From: Trichosphaerium sp. ATCC 40318
Lineage: Eukaryota; Protista; Tubulinea
Assembly: GCA_038496445.1 (NCBI GenBank)
Contig: JALMLS010000354.1
Span: forward strand, 62,001 to 126,000
Length of the DNA stretch: 64,000 nt
Direction of reading: 5' to 3'
Both the position numbers and the translations under genes were made by a program. The notes beneath the pieces were generated by a model. It ran no database searches and was not told the DNA's origin. It worked only from the letters and a program-made list of their open reading frames with translations. How positions within the stretch are numbered: the stretch's first letter is position 1; each line of letters starts with the position of its first letter. This document shows positions 52,915-64,000 of the stretch, one piece after another.

Positions 52915-55050
52915 TTTTTTTTTTTTTATAAAAAGGTGGGTTTATTGTGCTGTGGACGACAATAACCACGCGTGCTGTTTATTACATATTATATTTTCAT
53001 AGTTCAAAATAAAGATCTTCATCCCATTCTTCTGAGCTTTCATCATCTGAATAATAGTTGTGTCTTTGCCTACTTGACCTACATATAGGTGGGGTTAGTA
53101 ATTTTAACTGTTTGTTGATATAAGTGTTTTTGGAGCTGGTAAGTGGTAAAGGGGGTGGAGGTAAACCAGCACCCCAGTCCTCCCATGTATCTTTAAAATC
53201 TGCCATCCAATTAGTAGATTTCCAGTAGCGGCCAACTTGTGTAAGCTTATCTTTATCAGTGGCCTATTAATTCCCCTAAGAGAGCTGACAGACTTCAACA
53301 TCTTGTGGACTTTCCATCTTTATCCCTCATTGCCTGCAATGTGGGGGCCATTTGACTTCAGAAGCTTTGGGTGTGTTGTGTTTGACAATGTCAGACACTT
53401 TAGCATACCTTTGAGTTGGAGGTATTTTGACATTTTTTGCTAATTTGAGCCATTGGGTAAAACATTCATTGCCTATATTAGAAAGTTTAGATTCCCACAA
53501 GTCAGAGTATAAGGTAATAACTCTAGTATGCCTGGACCATAAAGAAGCTTTGAAATTGTTGGCTATGGTAGATATATCCAGGACAGATAAACCACCCAAG
53601 TGGAATGGCAAACAAGTTCTAGCTCTTAAAGAAGATCGATAAGTATGAGTGCTATTGTACACTTTGGCCACATTATTCATACTGTCATAATATCCATAAA
53701 ACAAAAACCAATTGACTATGTTCCTCCATTGCTTATCAATGTAGGGAGGTATAGTCAATGGCCTAGAAAAGTATATTATTTGTGATTGGGCATAGGTTCT
53801 GAGTATTGCATGCTTGGATTTAAGAGTTTTGGCATAGAGTTTCCAAGAATATAAGGATTTGGTAATGTTGGCTAATGCCTTATGAAAATCAAAAGTTAAG
53901 GTGTTGCTAGGAGATAAAGTGAAGCCTAGGTATTTGGTAGCTGGGGAAGAAGAAAGTGCCTGCTTCAAGTGACCAACAACATTGATTTGAAAACACTTGG
54001 ACTTGTTCAAGAATAGACCAGATGCTGCAGAAAATTTGTTGATCATATCTAGGCACAAAGTAATATCTGAGGATGATGATGCTGTAATAAGTGCATTGTC
54101 TGCAAATAGAATTTGTTTAAGCAATAAAAAAACAGCTTTGGCTCCATTAACATTATTGCTTTGGTTAATCATGCAGTTGAGAGGTTCTAACATGATGGCA
54201 AAAAGAGTGGGAGAAAATGGGTTATCTTGGCCTGTGCCTCTTTCAACTTTAAAAGTTTTGTTGGAGACAACACCATTGATCCTAACTGCTACTTGAATTT
54301 GTAGCTGGGTAACAATGGCTTGAGCTATTATTCTTGGAACTCCAATGTGCATGAGAACAAGTATTAGTACATTGTGAGCACAACTATCAAAAGCTTTTTT
54401 GTTATCTAATGGGCATAAAGAGAGAGGTGTGCCTTATTTTTGGTGTGATTCTACAATTTCTAACGTAGCAATTTGGTTGTCCACAATATCTCGACCTGGA
54501 ATAAAACCGTTTTGGTTAGAGCTGATAATGTTGGGTAGAAACTTAAGTAGCCTGTTGTTGATGACCTTCATAAATATTTTATAGTCGTTATTGAGCAGGA
54601 CTATGGGTCTATAATTGTCCAACAAGCTGGGATCACCTTTTTTGTAGAGAGGGCAAATAACCCCTCTACCAAACCAATCGTGGACATTACCTTCTATGAT
54701 ATCATTGAAAAGAGGACACATATGTCTGGCAATAGATAGACCTAAATCTTTGTAGAGACATACCTACTCCGTCTGGGCCAGGTGCTTTGTTGGATGGCAT
54801 AAACTTAATGGCTGTGAGAATTTCCGAAATAGTAATGGCACCAAACATATCTGTGGAAATTTAATCTTTGCAATACACTTTCCAATAACCCAGTCACTCC
54901 TCCATAGCGTCTTCATCACCTGACCAAAGAGCATACAAATTTTTTTTGTAATAAAGTAGTCCTTTGTTGAGCATACCTGAAAGCCTAGCATCCTTGGGGT
55001 GATCGACAGAGCGTCTCAGTTCCTTAATCTGTTGTGATGCCTGCTTACCC
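52915..55050 (-). mobile_element. Degenerate, 5'-truncated non-LTR retrotransposon (L1/Tx1-like) ORF2 reverse transcriptase
   Basis: PGPDG, YRPIVLLNNDYKI, QNGFIPGR, LDNKKAFDS, RGTGQDNPFSPTLF, FADN (mutated xADD), KYLG. Frameshifted and intronless. AATAAA plus poly(A) at the 3' end (T-run 52915-52927 on +). Confidence 0.9.
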
Positions 55051-55051
55051 T

Positions 55052-55473
55052 TCAATACCTAGTTAAATAGGGTGAAGGCGTTTCTTCATTGGTAACACGG
55101 GAAACTTGAAAACACATATTGAGGAACTCATGTTGTTCGGCCATAAACTCAATGTACCGAGACTCTTCAAGTAAATTGACAATGGCATTAGTTACCAAAG
55201 AAATACCAATGTCAATGAAAATCATGTCAAGAACATTATGAACTGAAAGTGAAGTGTTTGAGGCAACATGACAGGAGATAACCTCCAATGTAGAAATTTG
55301 GTTGTCCACTATATCTTTGCCAGGAATGAAGCCATTTTAGTTGTAATGCTGGGAAGAAACTCTAGGAGATGGTTATTAGTCACCTTCATAAGAATTTTAT
55401 AGTCATTGTTCAGTAGGGCTAAGAGTGGTAGTTTTCCAATAGTGGGATCAGCTTTTTTGAACAAAGGACACTA
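55052..55473 (-). mobile_element. Second, diverged LINE RT fragment
   Basis: Repeats the CPLxKK-DP..LLNNDYKI..DNQIxTLE segment seen at 54440-54670, with indels. Confidence 0.75.
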
Positions 55474-55546
55474 TTAAACAAAAAGGGTACTAGAAAGCAC
55501 TTAATGTTTTTATTGTTTACAAGATTAAATATGTTACAGGTACATG

Positions 55547-58500
55547 TCAGCTAGTATACTTACAAATTACTTTTGTGATTGCATTTTTATCACTGGGTTT
55601 AGCTAAAAATTCATCCATTCCAACTTTTTTGCATAGAGCTTGAAGTTGGTCTGTTGTATGGCCTGTTAAAGCAATTATTGGTACACGTTTAGAAAGGATT
55701 TTTTGTTGTTCCAACTTTCGTATTACTTCTGTTGCTTCATAACCACTCATTACAGGCATTTCACAATCCTTAACAAGATTTAGCACCACAGACAGGTTTA
55801 TTAATAATACTTACCATCAATATAATGTCAAAAGCCTCTGTCCTCGCTTTATCTACTGCTATTTTGCCATTCTCAGCAGTATCACATGAACACCCCAATG
55901 CTGTCACAATTCTTTGATGTATTTTCAAATTTATAATATTGTCATCCTGGTAAAAAAATGAGTTAACAATAAAACAAGACAGATAGCACATCATACCACA
56001 ACCAACACATTCACTGTACTGAGGTCTCTCTTTGATTTAGCACGCTGCACAGGTTGTTGAATATGAGAAATATCAATGCCATGCGCTGTTTTAATTATAT
56101 TCAAGGTCCATTGCATCAGCTTTAATGATGATAGAGGCTTCCAAAAAGTCTTCGAGAATGGAATATTGTATTGTTGCAGCAAGTAATCTTGTGGGTGGGG
56201 AATGCCATCGCGACTGTCCATCAGCATTGCAACGTGAACATTGCTGGCATTGTTATCCCATGTGGTTGCATGTGCCATGACGGCTGTTTGCTTGTCTACA
56301 AACACGAAATACATGTGATCACCACCAGTATGTTGTGTCACCTCCCTAACTATAAGGAAACAAAGGGTTAACAAAACATTTGGTATATAGATTATTAACA
56401 ACATACTCTCATTGGTTGACTGGACAAAAACAATGTTAACTGAGAAATTGGTGCAGATGTGATTGAGCAACGACTTCTGCTTGGCATTTGTCGACACAAC
56501 CACAACAGTAACAGGTAACGCCGCCATGCTAAAGCACACCAAAGCATCTGTGCTATGTGTTTGTCGCTTCATTGGGAGCCTAATTGTAAATGTGCTGCCC
56601 TCATCCTTGCGACTCTGAACTTCAATTGTACCTCCCAACAGTCTGACAAATTCACTGCAAATTGTGAGACCTACACCTCATTAGCACATCGCGTTTTCGC
56701 CATAGTCTAACGCACCTAAACCAGAACCTTGATAAGTCCGCTTTGCGTTGTAAGTTTCTACTTGTGTAAACGGTTTAAAAATGCGCTCCAGATCTTTTGC
56801 GTCCATGCCAATGCCAGTGTCAGTCACCTTGGGGGGGTCAAGTTAGATACAAACAGCAATGTGCAAGCGCTCTGAAATGGCGAGACGGATATTTGATTTA
56901 TTATTTCTTCGCCAATGTAAGACATACCTCAAATGTTACGTCAATCACATCATCGGCACCACTCTTGGCCCGCACTGACAGCACTATATGGCCCTTACTA
57001 GTATACTTGAGTGCATTTGTTGTAATATTCGTGAGAATTTGTCTGACAAGGCCATTGTCGCCGTTAACAAACATTGGGGTGTTCTTATCCCACTGGGCGT
57101 AGATGTCAACGTCGTCATTCTTTAAGCAACTTGTACACGCTCTAACAACGTCTTCTACAAGCTCATACAAGTTGAAGTCGTCCCTGTGCACTTTCACTAA
57201 AAACCATGATACGTTAGTGCGCGACTAATATAAGCCACAAACACATGAATAAAAAAAAAAAAGCCTTACTTCCTCCATTTTCAACATTGGACAGGTCTAA
57301 AATCGATGTGATTATACCACACAATCCATTGCTGGATGCAATGGCAATATCCAACAAGTCAGGCGCAATTTGATTTGTTTTTTGGTGCTGATCCTTGATT
57401 AATTGACAAGAGTTGATAATGCCATCTGTCAGGACAAAGTTAATACCAGACAAAAAGTACAAGTAAATATGAGAAAACATAAAAACCCAGCCAAACGTAC
57501 GCAATGGAGTCCTGAACTCGTGAGCCATCTATCGCTAGGGATTAGAATATAGAGTACAATAGATAATCCGTCAAATTGTTTTTTGTTTGGGGAGTGGTTA
57601 CGTACAGTAGCAAGGAACATTGATTTGGCTTGAGTAGCAGCTTCCGCAGTTTTTCGTGCTATTAAATCGGAAATGTCTGCAAAAGACCATATTAAATTTG
57701 AGGCCAAGTGCAACAACAAAATAAGCGATTGCCGCACCTCTACACATGATCATGTACTTGGTTTTAGGTACAGTGATATCTCTATGTACAGCCAGAGCAG
57801 CGCAAGACACTAGCACCTCAATATCACTTGAACCCATGACTTTTAGTGATGCCCTTTTCGGTTTTCCACTAGCTACCATCTCAGCAACGTCCAATTGCGT
57901 AGACAATATATCGGTGATTGTTTTATCGCGCAACTCGTCTATGGATTTACCAAGTTTTGCCAGCGCAGACTTGTTCACTTTCTCTATTTTTCCTTCCTAA
58001 CGCACGCCAAGTAAGTAATTTTTTTTCAAAGGCTAACGCACGTTGTTGACTACAACAAGCAAGTCGTTCATGCACATAATGATATTACTCAATTCTTGTC
58101 TGGCCACCGTAAAATGGTCCAAAAGAAGCATTACTTGACTAACAACAAGCAGCCATATATGAGATAAGAAAGCAAACATGACTTGAAACATATCAAGGTC
58201 AGCGTTGTTACATGAAATAAATACAAGGGGGGCGTGGTTAAATACATACCTGCAATGTAAACTGCAAATTCAAAGGTAAATCCTGCAAATAACATGCCCA
58301 CAAAGTTGGCTGCTATATCTACGTGTTGCTGTTAGCAGAGAAGGCTTTCAATTCTTTGGTTCTTTTGGTTTGGCCGCACCAGAACCCATGGATAAAATTG
58401 TTAGCCGTTCAGAAAGACCGAAGAATGGTAGTGGTAGTAAATTCATTATGACGTAGATCCACGTTGGCGCTCCTGAACCTGGTTCGGGTTATTTTAAATT

Positions 58501-59021
58501 ATTATTCAAGAATTGAATAAAATCGAAAGATAGATACAGCAAATGCACCAATATAGTAAAACAATAATTATGCATACCTGCAAGCCACGGCCTAACCAAG
58601 TAATAAGACAAAAAGATCATTTCAGTAAAACTCATACCTGTAGAGGTAACCACAAAGCGTCCATACGTTGCGAATACTCTCCAGATCTTTATTTCTGTTC
58701 AAGTTGTGCATCAAGTGGATTCCTGTGTCCAGCAAAAGCGAAAAAAACATCCAGTACGGATTACTACAGCTCCAAAGCATAATTACAGCCAGTGGTATAT
58801 TCCACATGCCTGTTAAAAACGTCAACAAGAACTTTCAATCAGTTTGAGCGTTTTAACACTTACCTATCACGCGGCCAATTTGCATGGTGACATCATTAAC
58901 CCAGGACTCGCCAGCTAGGGCATCCAAACTGGACCACCCTGACTTTGTTAGTCGAGAGAAACACAATTTTAAACGCCATACCGTTTTTAGTTTTGTTCTT
59001 AAGTTGCGCTACTGTATGCAT
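55547..59021 (-). CDS. Hybrid sensor histidine kinase (multi-TM sensor, PAS, HisKA, HATPase, degenerate REC, REC)
   Basis: AKSMFLAT|MAHEFRTPL, GDNGLVRQILTNITTNALKYT, DTGIG, IFKPFTQ, GSGLGL, VLVV|DDN, IILM|DCEMPVMSG, PIIALTG, GMDEFLAKP. Start codon approximate. Confidence 0.92.
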
Positions 59022-59139
59022 ACTCACACGTTCATCCTCTCGCCAAATACGCGTTTTGCGTTAAGTAAATAAAGGATCAACATGCCTTAGAATTGTAAAC
59101 TTTACACCAAAATTTGAGAACAGAAACTTCCACACACTA

Positions 59140-62100
59140 ATGAGGGCGCGCGTGTCGCTCAGTATTCTCATTATATGCCTTGCGGAGGTTGTTGTGTGGT
59201 CTGCACCAATACTCGGTACAAACCTTCGGGAGGCGAAAGACTATATGACAAGGGAAACCACCACGTTCAAGCAAGTAGAGCAAACGGAACATTACTCTAC
59301 AAACGAACGTGAATTGGATTCAAGCGACCCAAACGATCAAGTAACCAGCACCAGTGACTCTACCACAAATAGTGAAAGCGTTGACACCTTTGCAGCCAAC
59401 AGTTTCGCTCATACTGATGGCGAAACACAACCTCATGTGGGGGAAGAGGGTACAACCATTTTTCTACATAAATAGGAAGCTAATTTAACATTTCAGTTGG
59501 AAAAGAGGGCTACTGCACAATGCTGCAAGAGGCACCAGGGTTCCCTATAAAGTACAATGGCACAGCATACGACGTACGCAAAAGGTGTACAGGGTTAAAA
59601 AAAGGATTTTTAACATTGATGTGACGTAGAAAGAGAAGCAAAACCTTACACAGTGCGGACAATTCTTCGACGACAAGGTTTGTTGCACTAGATTTCAAAC
59701 TGAAAGTGCGTTCAAAGATTACTATCAAATACATGTATATTGACACGCGTCACGTGTTTTTTTTTAGGTTTAATGCAGAAATCAAGTGTGTTCTTTGACG
59801 GCATGTTTCATTGCCCGGACTGCTACACCAACTTTTTGAGATTTTGGTGCGAATTTACGTGCTCTCCAAACCAAGCAACGTTTTTGAAGATCAACAAGAG
59901 CTTAAATTACCTTGGTAAAGATTATGCTGAGCAAGTTGTTTTCACTATAGATCAAAAAATGGCGAAGGGTGTATTCGATTCATGTGCCAACGTGAAACAG
60001 GGACTTGTGTCTGGCGAAACAATATTCGATGTCTTCTTTGGTACAAAATAGCTCTCCTTTATTTATATATAAATTGGCTACCATCCATGTGGTTTTATAT
60101 ATATATGTTGTACAACCCCGGACTAACTTTATAAAATGACTAGGTGTAAAAACCTCATACTCAGAGTTTTATGAAAGACTCGGTGCTTCATCAAGCTCGC
60201 TTGGAGGCGTTCGCATATTTTTTGATGTTGCAGGTGAACACACGTACGTAAAAAATACTGCAACGCCTGCGCTATCGCTTAACACAGCTCTTCGCCATTT
60301 TAGACCAGAAAATACATCCAAGCCATTATTTTTCCCCACTGGTAACTGCCAAGACACGTGTTCGTGCAATGATTGCCCTGCAGCGTGTCCCAAGGCACCA
60401 CCTGAGATCCCTCCAAGCAACCATTATATTTTTGGTGCGTGTACAGCACAGACTGCTTTCTCTTCTTCTTTTTTTTTTTCGGCTCAACTAACAACCCTTT
60501 TTTAATAGGTAAGATAAAGTACTTGCAATTCTTTTCAGCAATAGGGTTTTTCCTATTTTGTTTGTTGACCGTCGGTGTGACTGCTCATTGCGTATATTTT
60601 ACCAATAAATCGGCACGTGCGAACGGATACGCCAAAATTACAGAGGACTCTTCAAGTAGTCATGATGAAGCTGACGACAATAACCATGTCAAGCACGTCT
60701 TCAAACGTATTCGTACTCGCTAATGTTTACCTGGTAGCGGTTCTATAAATGATGCGGTAGAGAATGGGCACACGGATACAAATGGTTATGAAGATATCTC
60801 GCCTACGAAAGAAGCTGTAACCACCAACTTTCTCGGAGGCATATTTCGCCGACTTGGATGGGTGGTTGGTCGCTTCCCTATCTTGGTAATTTTTTGCTCT
60901 ATCATTATTGTTGGTATACTTGCTATAGGCATACCAAGGTACTATTATTTTTTTTAACGGTTTGCAAAGCCATTTACAAACGACGTGTGTGGTTTTTTTT
61001 TCTCATCCAAGCACTTACTAGAATCGTCATTGAGACTCATCCAGAGCAACTGTGGGTACCTCCAAACTCCCTCGCTGCCCAACAAAAGTCGTACTTTGAC
61101 GATCACTTTGGGCCATTCTATCGCATTGAACAGTTGATTATCACGTCCAAGAAGGCCGATGGATGTGCGTCATTTCTTTCAAAGCGTATTGCTAATCTTA
61201 AAGTAGCATTGAAGCGGCTGCTAGAAGGAAACGCTGGCAAACGTAATTTGTTGGCAATTTTAGACATCCAAAACAAGATAACTAAGGCACGGTTTTTTAC
61301 CGGCGGTCCCATTTGTTGTTGTTATCTCACGTATTTTTAGATAACCGCCGAAAAGACCACGTCAAATGGCACTCGCACTGTCACGTACGAAGATGTTTGC
61401 TTCAAACCTGTAGCAGGCAAGGGTTGTTTGATACAATCTGCTTTGGGGTATTGGTACGCCGGCGATAAATAATTTGACGATTTTTTCCAACAGGTGATTG
61501 ATGAGCCCCTAATCTCTTTTTTACTAGGCAATCTGATCGGCTAAAGTTAACTGAAGACACCGACTACATAAGTCAGCTTCTTGCTTGTGCAAAGAACCCC
61601 TTTAATCCTCTCCACAATTGCCTAAATTCGATTGGTATACCTGACATGCCCAACGTTATTTTTGGTGGATTTGAAGGTAAAGTTTCACTTTCTAATGATC
61701 CTCCTTGAATAACCTCTTATTTCAATGAAGGCAAGGAGTTCGGCAACGCTACAGCTATCATCGTTACCTTTCTCGTAACGAATCATGTGACCGACGAGGA
61801 AAACGAAGATGCTGCACTTTGGGAACAAGAGCTTTTAAATTTGCTCGAGTCTAAGCCTTTGCATCCTTATGGATTTGACGTAGCATTTTCTACACAGGTG
61901 AGTAACGACCTCTGGTTTTATAGTTAAGCCTTCGAGCAATGACTACTCCCCTTTCAACTATGCGATTCACACCATAATGCTTACGACTGTGGCTTTAGAG
62001 ATCTCTCCAGGACGAGCTATCGCGTGAGACATCTACTGACATTGTAACGGGTATGTCCACCATTATTACCCCTTTTTTTTTTTGACATATTTACCGTAGT

Positions 62101-64000
62101 TGTGATATCATACGCGATCATGTTTCTTTATGTTGCCGTCGCTTTGGGAAGCATACGGTCACCATTTGGCGTGCACACTAAATTTTTACTCGGGCTTTGG
62201 GGTGTTCTAATGGTACTCATGGCTCTTGTCATGGCACTAGGTACATATCAACGGCAACTCCTGCAACCCAATCGCGCTAACCACAGCCAACCTAGGTGTC
62301 GCTGGATTTGCTGGGATACATGCCACTTTGATCATATCTGAAGTTATACCGTTTTTGGTGCTGGCGATTGGTGTTGACAATATCTTTATTCTTGTCGAAA
62401 CATTCCAATCAACAGGTACCACCATCTTAGTTTTGTTATTCTATCCCTATTGTATTATTAACTGATTCATAGACTCGTCACTTTCTCCTCAAGACAGAAT
62501 GGCGGCTACAATGGAAAAGGTAATCCGCCAAATATCATTTGTTTCAAAATCATTTTTGTATTTACTTTTGGATGGTTAAATAGGTTGGAACATCAATCAC
62601 TATGGCTTCCATGTCTGAAGCCCTAGCGTTTTTACTTGGTATTTTGACGCGAATGCCTGCGGTAGTAGGTGCGAAAAAACCCAAAAAGATGAAAAAGTAG
62701 TAGTGGTAGTTGGCTGACTGCCTGTTAGCGTTCTCAATGTACTCCTCATTGGCCATCTTGTTTGACTACTTGCTGCAAATCACCTGCTTTTGTGCAATGA
62801 TGGCTATCGACGCACGTAGAACCAGTGCCAATCGCATTGACTGCGTGCCATGCATCCGTGTACGCTAAGGAACCATTTAAGCCTGGTTTTTAGTCCGCTT
62901 CCTATTAATCTCGGTGTAGCTCAAAGCTGAAGAGTCGTGGCAGTCACGTGAGACCCTGAAGGCAAAGGAAGAAGCTGGCATTATAAGATCTGTGTTCCAT
63001 AGATTCTATGCACCATTCATCTTACATCCAGTTGTCAAGTTCGTTGCAGTCATATTGTTTGTTGGTGCGCTATTTACCAACAATATCCCTTTTATTGTTA
63101 GAAAAGAAACGAAAGTTGTGTACAACAAAATCCTTATTTTGACATGTAGGTCTTTTTGTCATGTGTGTCAATATTGTTGGGAATGGCGTACCTCAAGGTC
63201 TAGAGCAGCAAATTGCGTTGCCTCAAGATTCATACTTGCAAGACTACTTTGACGAACAGGCTGATCTCTTCAAGGTACGCATCTACAACTCCTTCACACG
63301 CAAGGTAGTGCTAACTGGCCCGTCGTTAGGTTGGCGCGCCTATTTATTGGGTGATAAAGGAGCCATACAATTATTCAGCGATTGCGCTACAAAACAAGTG
63401 CGTTCATACATTATTTACAAGTATGCTGTATTGTCATTGAGGCTAATGTGCGTACCTCGTGTAGATTGTGTGCGCTGGGCGCTGGTGTAGACGGCTGTAA
63501 AGCAGGCTCGTTGAGGAATAAATTGGGTGCAGGCACGTGATTTGCTTTATAAAGACACAACAACCACACTGCTTTCCTACTGGCTAATGTCTTTTTGTAG
63601 AAGCACTTATACCAGATCGCTCTTACTTGAGTGGCGCTATCAGCTCGTGGTTAGACACGTACATTGAATGGCTACATGCAACACGAACATGTGCGTCAAG
63701 AGGGCGGGGAGGCCAATTTTGTTGGCATAATTAAAGCAACTCTGAGACTAAATGCGACATATAGGTTGTAGACAATACAAGAACACAGCAGAGTTCGAGT
63801 TCTGTCCTCCTGAAGAAACGGACAGTAGTTTATGTGAACCATGCATAGATCCTTCCGAATTGAATAAACTCGAAATTCGGCTGGGTAGACCTCCTCCACA
63901 AAAGTTTTACGATCTATTTCCAATCTTTTTGCGAAGCACATGCACGGCAGTACGATAGAATTCGTGGTTGAAAAAAAAAAAAATATGGAGCTGATTCAAT
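59140..64000 (+). CDS. NPC1: Niemann-Pick C1-like sterol transporter (truncated by window end)
   Basis: Signal peptide; CPDCYTNFLRFWCEFTCSPNQ, CSCNDCPAAC, ETHPEQLWVPP, YFDDHFGPFYRIEQLI, ISYAIMFLYVAVALG, EVIPFLVLAIGVDNIFILV, GLEQQIALPQDSYL. Confidence 0.95.

Noticed and set aside
55547-59021. Histidine kinase as bacterial contamination or recent HGT
   Set aside because: It has many spliceosomal introns with the same signals as its neighbours, and hybrid kinases are normal in amoebae, fungi and algae.

Overview
Gene-dense, AT-rich nuclear DNA of a unicellular eukaryote. An amoebozoan-like protist is my guess from the hybrid histidine kinase and the repeat-nuclease family; the taxon is not determined. 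Introns are numerous and short (about 40-90 nt), which is why the ORF track is fragmented. I reconstructed about 24 genes by hand, including MSH2, ATG9, mitochondrial HSP70, CAF-1 p150, PCMT1, GLRX5, MOGS, XRCC3, TM9SF, a class I PDE, a PPR protein, class I aldolase, a hybrid histidine kinase and NPC1 (runs off the end). A gene-free island of about 7.6 kb (47.87-55.5 kb) holds nested non-autonomous TIR elements, a tiny poly(A) retro-insertion and decayed L1/Tx1-type LINE pieces. Most notable: (i) two paralogous proteins built from a ~75-aa Trp-rich tandem repeat, one fused to an apparently intact Vsr/RAP-like PD-(D/E)XK nuclease and one without it; (ii) a U12-type AT-AC intron in the PDE gene; (iii) TIR elements sharing a conserved internal core but carrying different subterminal arrays; (iv) CpG decay concentrated in transposons; (v) an almost intronless NLS-bearing 2OG-Fe(II) dioxygenase-like gene; (vi) a DUF3506-RING fusion. 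Exon boundaries and family assignments come from manual translation and motif recall, not from searches.
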